Counted from the stretch's first letter, positions 45,312 to 55,638 are shown. The stretch: 64,000 nt of DNA from Chlamydiales bacterium (GCA_030681135.1 JAUXXF010000019.1:16578-80577), one strand, 5' to 3'. Made by a program: numbers and translations. The notes: generated by a model from the letters alone, not told the origin.

Positions 45312-46484
45312 ATGAATTTTTTTTGGCGTATTGTCTTTTTAAGTCTTTGTGTTTCATCTCTTTGGGGAAAATCTTTGTCGGTCGAAGTCTCGGCCAGATC
45401 GGCCATCTTAATGAATGCTGATACGGGGGCGGTCTTATTTGAGAAGCAGGCTCATATTCCTGCTTATCCGGCAAGTACGACAAAAATCGGGACAGCTTTG
45501 TTTATTTTAGATGAAAAAAAAGCTCAGTTGCATCGGAATGCCGTTGTCTCTGAGACCTCTTTGCGGATGAAAACTGCTGCATTGGGATCAGATATTGCCT
45601 ATGCATTAGAGCCTGATGGAACAATGATGGGGCTGAAAAAGGGAGAAGTGTTGTCTTTAGAGACGCTCCTTCACGGTGTTATTATGATTTCCGGCAATGA
45701 TGCGGCTAATGTCATTGCTGAATCTTTATCAGGATCTGTCCCTCAATTTATGAATGAAATGAACAGCTATTTAAGCCGCTTGGGATGTCAGAGGACTTTT
45801 TATCGTAATCCCCATGGGTTACATCATCCGGAACATGTCACAACGGCTTATGATTTGGCGTTAATGATGAAGCACGGTCTTTCTATTCCTAAATTTCGAG
45901 AATTGGTTGGCAAGACTTCTTATTTACGTCCTAAAAGTAATAAAAGTTCTCAAGAGGAAATAGTGACTTTTAACCAGAGTATAAAACCAGGGCGCTATTA
46001 TGATCCTAGATCCATTGGAGGAAAGACGGGCTATCATTCTCAATCTATGGCTACCTTCGTATCGGCAGCCCATGATCAAGGGCGGAATTTGATTGCTGTC
46101 CTCTTAGGTTGTTCAAAAACGTCTCGCTATGAGGATGCAAAACGGTTGTTTGATGCAGCTTTTTCGGAAGAAAGGGTTTCTCGTTTGTTAGTTGGGGCAG
46201 AGCGGATGTTTTCTCAAAACATTGAAGGGGCTGAACGGCCGCTGATAGCTTCGTTGCAAAAGCCTCTTCAAATTTCCTATTTCCCTTCGGAAGAACCAAC
46301 GTGCCGCGCATTTATTCACTGGCATAAGCCCGCCTTGCCCATTAAACAAGGGCAGATCGTCGGAGAAGTCCAAATCATTGATGAAAAGGGAAGCATTGTG
46401 ATCAGAGCTCCCTTAGTCGCCAAAGAGCCTCTCCAAGGAACTTGGGCTTTTAGAGTTAAGCAGTGGTTTTCTTGTGCGATGTAA
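45312..46484 (+). CDS. D-alanyl-D-alanine carboxypeptidase (peptidase S11)
   Basis: PASTTK, SGNDAA, NPHGL, GGKTGY. Confidence 0.95.
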   Translation: MNFFWRIVFLSLCVSSLWGKSLSVEVSARSAILMNADTGAVLFEKQAHIPAYPASTTKIGTALFILDEKKAQLHRNAVVSETSLRMKTAALGSDIAYALEPDGTMMGLKKGEVLSLETLLHGVIMISGNDAANVIAESLSGSVPQFMNEMNSYLSRLGCQRTFYRNPHGLHHPEHVTTAYDLALMMKHGLSIPKFRELVGKTSYLRPKSNKSSQEEIVTFNQSIKPGRYYDPRSIGGKTGYHSQSMATFVSAAHDQGRNLIAVLLGCSKTSRYEDAKRLFDAAFSEERVSRLLVGAERMFSQNIEGAERPLIASLQKPLQISYFPSEEPTCRAFIHWHKPALPIKQGQIVGEVQIIDEKGSIVIRAPLVAKEPLQGTWAFRVKQWFSCAM

Positions 46485-46512
46485 AGTTATTTATTGACGC
46501 CGCGACGTTTGA

Positions 46513-46556
46513 TTGTTAAGATTTCTTAATAATCTTAACAAAACCTTGTTAAGATT
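46513..46556. promoter_or_regulatory. triple 11-bp box, candidate operator
   Basis: TTGTTAAGATT (46513), its reverse complement (46531), and TTGTTAAGATT again (46546). Confidence 0.6.
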
Positions 46557-46587
46557 AGAGAGTGAATTTAACAGAGAGGACAAAATC

Positions 46588-47616
46588 ATGAGCTATTTTA
46601 AACAGATAACAATCAGTGCGGTAGCGGCGTTTTTTATTGGGATGTGGCCGCAGAGCCTGATCGCTTCCAGTTATAATGTAAACCCTTTGGTTTCAAATCA
46701 GCCGTTTCTTGCGCCTAATACAGACCCTAATCTAGTCAATGCTTGGGGACTTTTTTTTGCCCCCAATGGCAACTTCTGGGTGGCTGATAATGGCTCTAGT
46801 CTATCAACACTCTACCAACCTAATGGCACTATTGTTCCTTTCGTCATCAACGTGATGATCAATCCTACAGGAGCTGCGCGCAACCCAGGACCTAATTTTT
46901 TGGTTGGAACAATGCCGCATATGCATCCAGCTAGCTTTGTGTTTGCTTCGGAAAGTGGCAAAATCTTAGGTTTTAATAGTACCGTGGACCCTCTAAATGC
47001 CGTCGTCGCAGCAGATGCGTCTTCTTCTGGAGCGGTCTATAAGGGGTTGGATTTTGTGAAACATCGTTGCGGCGCCCAGTCTTTATGGGTAGCTGACTTT
47101 CATAATGCAGTCATCGACATTTACGGTGGTAGTTTTAACTATGTTAAATCTATTAGAGACTATTGGATACCTGATGGTTTTGCGCCATTTAATATTCGGT
47201 TTTTAAATAATTGGGTTTATGTTGCCTATGCAAAACAGCTCCCTCCTGCCAATCATGATGATGATCCTGGAGTAGGCAATGGATATGTGGATGTGTTTTC
47301 TCCATGTGGTAGCCTCATTAAGCGGCTCATCTCGGGAGGAAACTTGAACTCTCCTTGGGGATTAGCGATAGCGCCTAATACGTTTGGAGATTTTAGCGGC
47401 GCTTTGCTAGTGGGTAACTTTGGCGATGGATTTATTAATGCGTATGATTCACAAACAGGAGTTTTTCTAGGTGAGCTTACAGATCCGTCAGGAAATCCTA
47501 TTCAGATTGATGGGCTTTGGGCTCTTGTGTTTGATTCTAATGGCACCCTTTATTTTTCTTCAGGCCCTAATGGCGAAACAAATGGATTAGTGGGAACTAT
47601 TACCTTGGTTCCCTAA
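46588..47616 (+). CDS. TIGR03118-family exported protein
   Basis: GAGG RBS and signal peptide; DPNLVNAWGL, FWVADNG, AVYKGL, FAPFNI, LNSPWGLA, LLVGNFGDG.INAYD, IDGLWAL. Confidence 0.9.
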   Translation: MSYFKQITISAVAAFFIGMWPQSLIASSYNVNPLVSNQPFLAPNTDPNLVNAWGLFFAPNGNFWVADNGSSLSTLYQPNGTIVPFVINVMINPTGAARNPGPNFLVGTMPHMHPASFVFASESGKILGFNSTVDPLNAVVAADASSSGAVYKGLDFVKHRCGAQSLWVADFHNAVIDIYGGSFNYVKSIRDYWIPDGFAPFNIRFLNNWVYVAYAKQLPPANHDDDPGVGNGYVDVFSPCGSLIKRLISGGNLNSPWGLAIAPNTFGDFSGALLVGNFGDGFINAYDSQTGVFLGELTDPSGNPIQIDGLWALVFDSNGTLYFSSGPNGETNGLVGTITLVP

Positions 47617-47623
47617 GAAACTG

Positions 47624-47673
47624 AAGAATTGGAATTTTGGCAGCGAGTTAATGCTGCCAAAATTCCAATTCTT
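47624..47673. terminator. 21-bp perfect stem between convergent genes
   Basis: AAGAATTGGAATTTTGGCAGC-GAGTTAAT-GCTGCCAAAATTCCAATTCTT. Confidence 0.75.
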
Positions 47674-48476
47674 TATGTGGATAATATCTGAAAAAGAGTT
47701 CGCCATTGGCCCAGAGTAAGTGTTTCTGGACGGGCCGTGATAGGTGCTTTTGCAAAGAGAAGGGCCTCTTTTATACGCTCTTGAGGAAATAGTCGTCTGA
47801 GTGATGAAGTGATCATTTTTCGCCGTTGCTGAAAAGCTGTCCGTACAAAAGTAAATAAGGACTCGGGGTCTTTTTCCTTGTGAAACTGGAGGGATAAGAC
47901 AGTCGAATCAACATTTGGCTTTGGGTAAAAGCATGTGTTTGATACATGAAAAGAGCCGCTGACTAGTGCATGGGAGTGGACAAAGACAGAAATGCAGCCG
48001 CATTCTTTACTGCCGGGGGGAGCTATAATCCTTTCTGCCAGCTCTTTTTGGAGCATAAAGGTAAAAGAAACCGCTTTGTTTTGACAAACCGTTTCAATAA
48101 TAGGCGTTGTGATGTGATAAGGGAGGTTTCCGATAATTTTCCAGGGGCGATCTTCAAGCATAGTCCAATCAAACGCCAAAATATCTTCTTCGATGACCGT
48201 TAAATTCCCATTTTGGAAGCGATCGAGCTCTCTTGCAAAAGAGGTGTCTTTTTCAATCGCAGTTACATAAGCTCCTCTCTTTAACAGTTCTTCTGTCAAC
48301 GCTCCAGGGCCTGACCCAATTTCCAGAACATAATCGCCAGGCTCAATATGGCTCAACTCTACGATTTTACGGACGATATTTGGATCGATAAGAAAATTTT
48401 GGGATAAAGTTTTTTTAGGGCGAACACCTAGACTTTCTAGAAAAGGGAGTAATTGTGACAGCTGAGCAATCGTCAT
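47673..48476 (-). CDS. rsmA: 16S rRNA dimethyladenosine transferase
   Basis: LSQNFLID, VLEIGSGPG.LT, IGNLPYHIT, FYPKPNVDS. Confidence 0.97.
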   Translation of the reverse strand: MTIAQLSQLLPFLESLGVRPKKTLSQNFLIDPNIVRKIVELSHIEPGDYVLEIGSGPGALTEELLKRGAYVTAIEKDTSFARELDRFQNGNLTVIEEDILAFDWTMLEDRPWKIIGNLPYHITTPIIETVCQNKAVSFTFMLQKELAERIIAPPGSKECGCISVFVHSHALVSGSFHVSNTCFYPKPNVDSTVLSLQFHKEKDPESLFTFVRTAFQQRRKMITSSLRRLFPQERIKEALLFAKAPITARPETLTLGQWRTLFQILST

Positions 48477-49513
48477 TGCAAAGAAAAGGGGGTTAGAGTC
48501 TCTGGCAGAGACTCTTGTAAATGGGCTGTGTCATAGCCATAGTGTTTTCTGAGTTTTGCAATATAGCGTTCGCTTTCAGCGATAATTGCTTTTTGGGTGA
48601 GCGTGTTTTTTAGCTCTTGAGCCAGTTCTTCAAAAGGGGGGGCTGGGAAGTCTTTTTGTTGGCTTAGATAAAAAATGCGGGCGATCGTCTTATTTTCCGC
48701 GCGACTCGTTTGTAGGGCAGGTTTACTGTATTGCCCAATAGCGAGCGAAGACAATACAGCTTTATGGGCGTCAGAGAGCTTTAAATGGTTGGCTGTGTAT
48801 TCGGTAGATACGGTAATTGTGCAATTGGGATAGGCCGCCTGAAGCTCTTTTACTCGAGCCTCACAGAGCTGAGGGGCCAGGTTGCTTTCGCTGAACATTT
48901 TATAGGTAGCTTCTGCAGCAGATTGCACATCATCTGCTCGAATAGAGATCACATGATAAGAGAACTCTTGATAAGGAGGATGTTCTTTGAGATAGCGCCG
49001 ATATTCTTGTCTTATATCTTGAGGAGTTACGTTTTGAAGGGCTTTGGAATGGATAAAATACCACATCATCCTCTGGACAACCATTTCGTTTCGGATCATT
49101 TTCCAAGCTTCGGCGTAGGAAATTCCGATTTTATCGAGGGTGATCATCACATTGGGGCCAAAGCGGTTTTCCAATTCCTCGCGTACTTCTCCTTCTGTTA
49201 CCTTAATTTCCCGGTCTTCGGCATCCGCTAAAATCAGCTCATGGTCAATGAGCTCCATACATGCTTGGCGCCAGCTTGTTTGATAAAACTGGAAGCGGGC
49301 TTGCGTAGAATCGCTCAGTTGGGGATAGGCTTGATGAAAGGCAACGTCAAGCTTCTTTTTTACATCCATGACCGATAGAGTCGTCCCGTTGACTTGAGTC
49401 AAAATAGTATTTTGTACCCCAATTTTTTGAGGATGGTCAAAAAGAGTTGAGGGGTTTGCGTGAACCGCCAGTAAGGCAAAGCAAGGAATGAGCTGAAGAA
49501 GTTTTTTTTTCAT
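48473..49513 (-). CDS. SurA/PrsA N-terminal-like periplasmic chaperone
   Basis: Signal peptide; ILTQVNG, LIDHELILADA, VT..EV; adjacent to rsmA; no clear parvulin motif. Confidence 0.7.
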   Translation of the reverse strand: MKKKLLQLIPCFALLAVHANPSTLFDHPQKIGVQNTILTQVNGTTLSVMDVKKKLDVAFHQAYPQLSDSTQARFQFYQTSWRQACMELIDHELILADAEDREIKVTEGEVREELENRFGPNVMITLDKIGISYAEAWKMIRNEMVVQRMMWYFIHSKALQNVTPQDIRQEYRRYLKEHPPYQEFSYHVISIRADDVQSAAEATYKMFSESNLAPQLCEARVKELQAAYPNCTITVSTEYTANHLKLSDAHKAVLSSLAIGQYSKPALQTSRAENKTIARIFYLSQQKDFPAPPFEELAQELKNTLTQKAIIAESERYIAKLRKHYGYDTAHLQESLPETLTPFSLQ

Positions 49514-49544
49514 AGGACTAATCATAGCATGAAGTTTTTATTTT

Positions 49545-50687
49545 TTAAATAGGTTCCTTTCGAAATGTGACAGCAAAAAAACCGTCCATTCCCCCTTCTG
49601 TTGGGAGGATAGTCAAGGGTTTTTCCTCAATAGTTAGCTGATGGCACGATTGAAAAAAGCGCATCTGCTCTTCATTTTCCTCTGGCAAAATACTGCAAGT
49701 TGCATAGACGATTCTGCCTCCTGGGCGAACGTATGGCAGCGCATTTTCGAAAATTTTTCTTTGCTCTAAAGTCAGTCTTTGTAAAAGAGCTTCATCGATG
49801 TTCCACATCATCTCTGGGTGCCTTCTTAACGTTCCGCTTCCGCTGCAGGGGACGTCAGCTAAGACCCAGTCCATTTTTCCTTTGAGCTCAGATAGTTTTG
49901 GGTGATCTGGGGGGAGAAATTGTGCGTGTTGAATGCCTGCTCGTTTGAAGCGCTGTTTTGCCTGAATCAAAGCTGCAGGGCGAATGTCGTGAAGGTAAAT
50001 TTGGCCTCTGCCGCCCATAGCAGGTGCAAACGCAAGAGATTTGCCTCCTGAGCCGCTGCAATAATCAAGAATATGCTGGCCGCCTTGAGCTTGTACTAAA
50101 GAGGCTACCAACTGACTGCCTTCATCTTGCATTTCAAAGAGCCCTTCTTTAAACTCAGGAAGAGCAAATAGAGCTTCTCTTTTAGAAAAAATAATTCCAT
50201 CGGGAGTGTGCTTTGAAGGAGATACTGTAAATTTTCCTTCCCATCTGGCGATTAGGTCTTCTCGGTTTGTTTTTAACTTGTTGGCTCGAATAGCGATGGG
50301 AGCTGGTGACAATAATACTTTGCAGAGTTCTCTTGCTTTAGCAAGGCCATAAGCAGTTTGCAGTTTTGTGAAGAAGAAAGGGGTGCTTCCCAGGCGGATA
50401 GCTTCGGGGATTTTGGGGTTTGCAAGAACTTTAGGCCAGTCGAGCTGTTCAAATCGTTCAAGGCGCTCTGCGGCTAAGATGCTCTGGGGATAGAGATGGT
50501 CTAATAATCCTTTCCAGCGGATAAGGCTGTAGATGGTGGCTCCGATCTGGCGCCGGTCATGGGCTCCTAGGCTTTTATGTTGGCGAAAATATTCGCTTAG
50601 AGCCAGATCTAGGGGCTTTCTCTGCGAGCAGGAGCCGTGGCGGTTTAAAAAAGTAATGATATGATGGGTGCAAAAGGGAAGTTTCAT
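49545..50687 (-). CDS. RsmB/NOP2-family RNA m5C methyltransferase (Fmu-like)
   Basis: FEMQDEGSQL, LDYCSGSGGKS, DVPCSGSGTLRRHP, YATCSIL..ENE. Confidence 0.95.
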   Translation of the reverse strand: MKLPFCTHHIITFLNRHGSCSQRKPLDLALSEYFRQHKSLGAHDRRQIGATIYSLIRWKGLLDHLYPQSILAAERLERFEQLDWPKVLANPKIPEAIRLGSTPFFFTKLQTAYGLAKARELCKVLLSPAPIAIRANKLKTNREDLIARWEGKFTVSPSKHTPDGIIFSKREALFALPEFKEGLFEMQDEGSQLVASLVQAQGGQHILDYCSGSGGKSLAFAPAMGGRGQIYLHDIRPAALIQAKQRFKRAGIQHAQFLPPDHPKLSELKGKMDWVLADVPCSGSGTLRRHPEMMWNIDEALLQRLTLEQRKIFENALPYVRPGGRIVYATCSILPEENEEQMRFFQSCHQLTIEEKPLTILPTEGGMDGFFAVTFRKEPI

Positions 50688-50763
50688 AGTGCTGCTATTG
50701 TAGAGAAGGATGGGACTTGAATCCAGTAAAATATTGTTTTATAGCGAGGAAAAGGATGTATTT

Positions 50764-51243
50764 ATGAAAGTGCTTCGTGTTTGTTCTGTGGTGTTTGCTC
50801 GATTTAGTTTGAGCGCTGCTTTTTTGGTTTCTGCGATGACACATCTATTTCATTGGCAAGAAACAGAGAGTATATTGCTTGCAGTATTGAGCGAATGGCA
50901 AAATTATGTAAGTTTCTCTGAAAATTTTTCGTATCTTTTTGGGTCTTTAACCCCTTGGACGTCAGTGATTTTATTAGTTGGAACTCTTCTTGAGCTGTTG
51001 GGGTCTTTGTTGCTTCTTTTGGGGATACGGGAAAAGTTGGGAGCTGGGCTTTTATTTTTCTTAACGGCTTTGGTGACAGTGATTTTTCATCAATTTTGGT
51101 TTCTAGACGGTGGGGCTCGCGAAGTGCAGACCTCATTATTTTTAAAAAATTTAGCTATTATGGGCGGGCTGATGATGGTGATTCTCTATGGAGCTAAGTC
51201 GAGCTCCAGAGAAGAAAGTGGGGGCCCATCTCATTTCATGTAA
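50764..51243 (+). CDS. DoxX-family membrane protein
   Basis: ELLGSLLLLLG, FHQFW, FLKNLAIMGGL; AAGGA RBS before 50764. Confidence 0.88.
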   Translation: MKVLRVCSVVFARFSLSAAFLVSAMTHLFHWQETESILLAVLSEWQNYVSFSENFSYLFGSLTPWTSVILLVGTLLELLGSLLLLLGIREKLGAGLLFFLTALVTVIFHQFWFLDGGAREVQTSLFLKNLAIMGGLMMVILYGAKSSSREESGGPSHFM

Positions 51244-51244
51244 T

Positions 51245-52873
51245 ATGTTTAGTATAATCATTAGTTTTTTCATTGTAGCTTTAGGCCAGCCTGCCCGCGT
51301 AATCCCTCTTGGTGTGATTGCAGGAGCTTTCGGGTTTGCTCTTTTTTGGCGCTCTATGCTGCAGCTTGAACATCGCAGACGCCGATTTTATCTAGCTTTT
51401 TTTTGGTTTGCTGGGGTGCAGCTCATTCAATTGTCGTGGATGTCGAGCACTCAGTATACAGGCCCATTGATTTTGCTTGTTTATGCAGGTCTCAGCATTG
51501 GTTTGGGGGTGCAATTTGCTCTTCTGTCGCTGCTTGTAAAGGCTCGCATGGGGCTCTTAAATCAATTAGCTCTTTCCGGTCTTTGGGTACTTTTTGAGTG
51601 GTCCAGGCTTTACTTATGTACAGGATTTACCTGGAATCCTGTTGGGTTGTTTTTGTCTTGCTCTACCTACTCTTTACAAATGGCCTCGTTGTTCGGAATT
51701 TATGGGCTTTCTTTTTTTGTCATTTGGACAAATCTTGCTGGCCTCCAAGCAATGACTCATCGCGGTATAGGAAGCTGGCTTCGCTTCCTTGTGCTATGCG
51801 TTTTCCCTTACGGGGCTGGAATGGGCTACATCCATTATCTAGAGACGAAAGATGATCCCAAGCGCTATAGAGCATTGCTTGTTCAGACAGCTCTTTTGCC
51901 CGAACAAAAAAATTATGAGCCTTTAACCCCTCAAAGATTTGTCCCTTTGCCGCAGCAGTGGAAGATGATTTTGCAAAGCATTGAAAAGGCGCTCACAGAA
52001 AATCCAGGCCAGCTTGATCTCATTGCCTTGCCGGAAGGAACTGTCTCGTACGGAGCTTACCGCTACCCTTATGATTTGCATGTGATGGAATCGATTTGGA
52101 CAGCCTGTTTTGGAGTCGAGGCTATGTTGGATTTGCCTCCTTTAGAGGAGCCTCAGGCGCGCTTAGAAGCAGGACGCTGGAAGGTGACCAATGCCTATTG
52201 GGCTCAGGCTTTGGCTATGCGCTACGGAGCTGACGTTCTGATTGGCCTGGATGATGAACGGTACAATGCAGCTTTTTTATTTCGCCCTTCTATGGAGCAG
52301 CCGGAGCGCTACGAGAAGAGGGTGTTAGTTCCTATATCAGAGTATATTCCTCTAGGAGGATTGTCATTTTTGTCTGAATTTGTGGCCAGTCAGTTTGCGA
52401 TTACAGATTCTTTTTTGGCAGGAGCTCAGGCGAAAATTTTTTCAGGAAAAGTGCCTTTTGCAGTATCCATTTGTTATGAAGAGACCTATGGAGAATTTTC
52501 CAGGCAAGGAAGGGCTCAAGGAGCTGAACTTTTTGTGAATATTTCCAATGATGCCTGGTATCCTTTTTCCACCTTGGCCAAGCAGCATTTTGATCATGGG
52601 ATGGTTCGGGCTGTTGAAAATGGAGTTTCTGTGCTTCGAGCTTGCAATACGGGAATTACAGGAGGCGTAGATCGTTTTGGCAGGACGTTGCAGCTCCTTG
52701 ATGCTGGCGAATCTAGACAAGGAGCTTTAATACTTGATCTTCCTGTACATTCTCACCGTACGCTCTACACCTTATGGGGCGATCAAGCGATCTTGTGGAT
52801 AAGCATTTTCTTCTTAAGTTTAAAAGGGCAGCATCTCTTCAGAATCAGGTCTAAGAATTCCCTGAAATCCTAA
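51245..52873 (+). CDS. lnt: apolipoprotein N-acyltransferase
   Basis: FEW.R...TGF.W, GIYGLSF, LPE, YEKRVLVPISEY, ICYE, NDAW, RAVENG, NTG. Confidence 0.95.
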   Translation: MFSIIISFFIVALGQPARVIPLGVIAGAFGFALFWRSMLQLEHRRRRFYLAFFWFAGVQLIQLSWMSSTQYTGPLILLVYAGLSIGLGVQFALLSLLVKARMGLLNQLALSGLWVLFEWSRLYLCTGFTWNPVGLFLSCSTYSLQMASLFGIYGLSFFVIWTNLAGLQAMTHRGIGSWLRFLVLCVFPYGAGMGYIHYLETKDDPKRYRALLVQTALLPEQKNYEPLTPQRFVPLPQQWKMILQSIEKALTENPGQLDLIALPEGTVSYGAYRYPYDLHVMESIWTACFGVEAMLDLPPLEEPQARLEAGRWKVTNAYWAQALAMRYGADVLIGLDDERYNAAFLFRPSMEQPERYEKRVLVPISEYIPLGGLSFLSEFVASQFAITDSFLAGAQAKIFSGKVPFAVSICYEETYGEFSRQGRAQGAELFVNISNDAWYPFSTLAKQHFDHGMVRAVENGVSVLRACNTGITGGVDRFGRTLQLLDAGESRQGALILDLPVHSHRTLYTLWGDQAILWISIFFLSLKGQHLFRIRSKNSLKS

Positions 52874-53119
52874 TGTGACATGCCTTGAGGGTTCATTCAA
52901 TGGCTGTTCGAAGGAAGCGCCTTCAATAATAGTAGTAAGTCCTAAGCCAGATACTACTTGTGCGTTTTGAGGAAACGGAGGCTGCATTCCTTTTGCCGGG
53001 TGGCTAAATTCTTCGCTACTTTTAATTGCTGATACCGGAAATCCATTAATCACACCTTCTGGCGGAGGAGGCGTGTATTCTTCTGGAGGCATGTGTATTG
53101 TGTGAAAAATAATTTTCAT
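52820..53119 (-). CDS. small proline-rich hypothetical protein
   Basis: 99-aa ORF filling the lnt-lpxC gap; its tail overlaps lnt. Confidence 0.45.
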   Translation of the reverse strand: MKIIFHTIHMPPEEYTPPPPEGVINGFPVSAIKSSEEFSHPAKGMQPPFPQNAQVVSGLGLTTIIEGASFEQPLNEPSRHVTLGFQGILRPDSEEMLPF

Positions 53120-53386
53120 AATTAACTCAGAAATTTATTGTTAAAATAACGTAACGACATTAGCTGTTTTAAGTTATAAAAACCAGTAAAATTCTAGACC
53201 CAACTTCTGCGCTGATGAAAAGTGCTCATTTGCGCATAAATTTGCTCAAAAAAAGAAAACATTGCTCTAAATTTGTTCGCTCGGCTACCTTTTTCTGTTA
53301 GGAGCTGTACTAGAACCGAGGTTTCGTGGGTTTTAAGGCAGTCTCTAGAAGAGAGATTGGAGATCCCTGAGTTGCAGAGGTGAAGA

Positions 53387-54289
53387 TTGGTTGAACCTGA
53401 ACTTTGTGAAAAGACGATTCAACAGCAAGTGTCCATTACAGGAATTGGGTTGTTCACGGGACAAACTGTTCAAGTCACGCTTTGCCCAGCGTCTCCCGGA
53501 ACGGGGATTGTCTTTAAAAGAGTAGATTTGCCCGGCTGTCCTGAAATTCCTGCAACGCTGGATGTAGTTGTCCCTTCAACCAGATGTACGAAGTTGGCAG
53601 TGCAAAATGCGAGTGTGCAAATGGTTGAGCACCTTCTTTCGGCTCTGGCAGCATTTGAGTTGGATAATGTAGTGGTTGAAGTAAGAGGGCCTGAAATTCC
53701 TTCTGGAGATGGTAGTTCATTGGTTTTTGTTCGTGCTATTGAGCAAGCAGGCGTTGTGTCTCAACCCGCGGAGCGGCGCTGGTTGAAAATTGGAGCGCCT
53801 ATCTCTTGGTCTCAGGGAGATGTACATTTAGTAGCTCTTCCTGCTCCGGAGCTCCGTATTAGTTATATGCTCCACTATCCGCAGTCGGAGCTTGTAGGTT
53901 CTCAGTTTTACTCTTTTTCTCTGACAGCTGAACGATATAAAGAAGAGATTGCTCCTTGCCGTACATTTTCTTTTTATGAAGAAATAGCTCCCCTTATTGC
54001 GCAGGGAGTGATTAAAGGTGGGGCGCTTGAGAATGCTCTTGTGATTAAAGGAGATCGAATTATGAATCCTGAAGGAGCTCGTTTCCCTGATGAAATGGTG
54101 CGTCATAAAATTCTTGATTTATTAGGGGATTTAGCTCTAATTCGTCGCCGGGTTTTGGGGCATATCATCGCTCTTCGCGCAGGCCATTCAAGTCATATAG
54201 CTTTTGCAAAGGAGTTACTTGCTGTGAGTTTGGCAGGAGAAGAGCGCAATGAAGTTTTTTCTAATTCTTACGTGTTGGAGAATTGTTGA
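53387..54289 (+). CDS. lpxC: UDP-3-O-acyl-GlcNAc deacetylase
   Basis: GIGLFTG, VEHLLSAL, EIP.GDGS, EIAPCRTF, RHKILDLLGDL. Confidence 0.97.
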   Translation: MVEPELCEKTIQQQVSITGIGLFTGQTVQVTLCPASPGTGIVFKRVDLPGCPEIPATLDVVVPSTRCTKLAVQNASVQMVEHLLSALAAFELDNVVVEVRGPEIPSGDGSSLVFVRAIEQAGVVSQPAERRWLKIGAPISWSQGDVHLVALPAPELRISYMLHYPQSELVGSQFYSFSLTAERYKEEIAPCRTFSFYEEIAPLIAQGVIKGGALENALVIKGDRIMNPEGARFPDEMVRHKILDLLGDLALIRRRVLGHIIALRAGHSSHIAFAKELLAVSLAGEERNEVFSNSYVLENC

Positions 54290-54753
54290 TGACAGAATCA
54301 TCTGGTAGTTCCATTGTGTTAAACGCGAAGGAAATTCAAAATATTTTGCCTCATCGGTATCCGTTTTTACTTGTCGATCGCATTATTTATATGAATTTAG
54401 AGGAAAATGAGATCATTGGAGTGAAGAATGTCACTGTCAATGAGCCTTTTTTCCAAGGACATTTTCCTGGAGTTCCGATTATGCCAGGCGTGCTTTTATT
54501 AGAAGCTCTAGCTCAGACAGGTGGGGTGCTTGTGCATCAGAAAGGCTATAATCAAAAAATTGCGGTGTTGCTTAATATCTCTTCTGCTAAATTTCGTAAA
54601 CCTGTTGTCCCGGGAGATGTCTTGCATCTTCATGCTAAAGGGTTGCATATTAGCAATAACGGGGGGAAAGTCCTCTCGAAGGCTGTCGTTGACGATCGAG
54701 TGGTTGTAGAGGCTGAGCTGAGTTTCGCATTAGTTAGAAAAGAACAACTTTGA
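54289..54753 (+). CDS. fabZ: 3-hydroxyacyl-ACP dehydratase
   Basis: [38 protein letters not shown]. Confidence 0.98.
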   Translation: MTESSGSSIVLNAKEIQNILPHRYPFLLVDRIIYMNLEENEIIGVKNVTVNEPFFQGHFPGVPIMPGVLLLEALAQTGGVLVHQKGYNQKIAVLLNISSAKFRKPVVPGDVLHLHAKGLHISNNGGKVLSKAVVDDRVVVEAELSFALVRKEQL

Positions 54754-54763
54754 ATGGGATTGC

Positions 54764-55609
54764 ATGTCTAAATCTAACATCCACCCTCTTGCCTTTGTAG
54801 AACCTGGAGCCCAAATCGGTGAAGATGTCACCGTGGAGCCGTTTGCTGTTGTAAAAAGCACTGTTACTTTAGGTCCTCGCGTAGTGGTCAAATCGCACGC
54901 TTACCTAGACGGCCATACGACTATTGGAGAAGGGACAGTGATTTATCCTGGGGCAAGTATAGGGACAAAAACACAAGATTTGAAATATCGGGGTGAGAAG
55001 ACGTTTGTTACTATCGGTAAATATTGTGAGATCCGAGAATTTGTAACGATCAATTCATCTTGCCAGGAAAATTCAACAGTCCGTATTGGAGATCACTGTC
55101 TGATTATGGCCTATTGCCACGTAGCGCATAATTGTGAGATTGGCAATTTTGTCATTATGTCTAATAGCGCTATGCTTGCAGGGCATGTCCTGATTGAGGA
55201 TCATGCGATTATTGGAGGAATGACTCCAATTCATCAGTTCTCCCGGATTGGCAGCTATGCGATGGTAGGGGGATTTTCTCGAGTTCCTCGAGATATTCCT
55301 CCTTATACGGTGGGAGGAGGCTTCCCTTATAAATTTGGCGGCGTAAATATTGTGGGACTCAAAAGGCATCGCTTCCCTCTGGAAGTGAGGGCCTCTTTAA
55401 GCAAAGCCTTTAAAATTACGTATCGATTAGGACTGCGTCTCGAAGAGGCAATTCGGATCATTGAACAGGAAGTGGAACCTCATAAAGAAGTGAAGCATTG
55501 GATTGAATTTTGTAGATCTTCTAAAAGAGGGTTAGTTGGACTCCAAGGCGTTACGAAGCGTTCTGCTGATTGCGATGAAGAAGGAGAAGAGGAGCTTGCT
55601 GAAGATTAG
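54764..55609 (+). CDS. lpxA: acyl-ACP--UDP-GlcNAc O-acyltransferase
   Basis: Hexapeptide repeats; QDLKY.GE, IREFVTI, HVAHNC, LAGHV, IHQF. Confidence 0.98.
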   Translation: MSKSNIHPLAFVEPGAQIGEDVTVEPFAVVKSTVTLGPRVVVKSHAYLDGHTTIGEGTVIYPGASIGTKTQDLKYRGEKTFVTIGKYCEIREFVTINSSCQENSTVRIGDHCLIMAYCHVAHNCEIGNFVIMSNSAMLAGHVLIEDHAIIGGMTPIHQFSRIGSYAMVGGFSRVPRDIPPYTVGGGFPYKFGGVNIVGLKRHRFPLEVRASLSKAFKITYRLGLRLEEAIRIIEQEVEPHKEVKHWIEFCRSSKRGLVGLQGVTKRSADCDEEGEEELAED

Positions 55610-55638
55610 GCCTCTTTCGAAAGAGCTCTATTAAATCC

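Noticed and set aside
53200-53386. Possible structured leader or operator upstream of lpxC
   Set aside because: Only short pairings (CTCGG/CCGAG) and degenerate TTGCTC repeats, not distinguishable from chance by eye.
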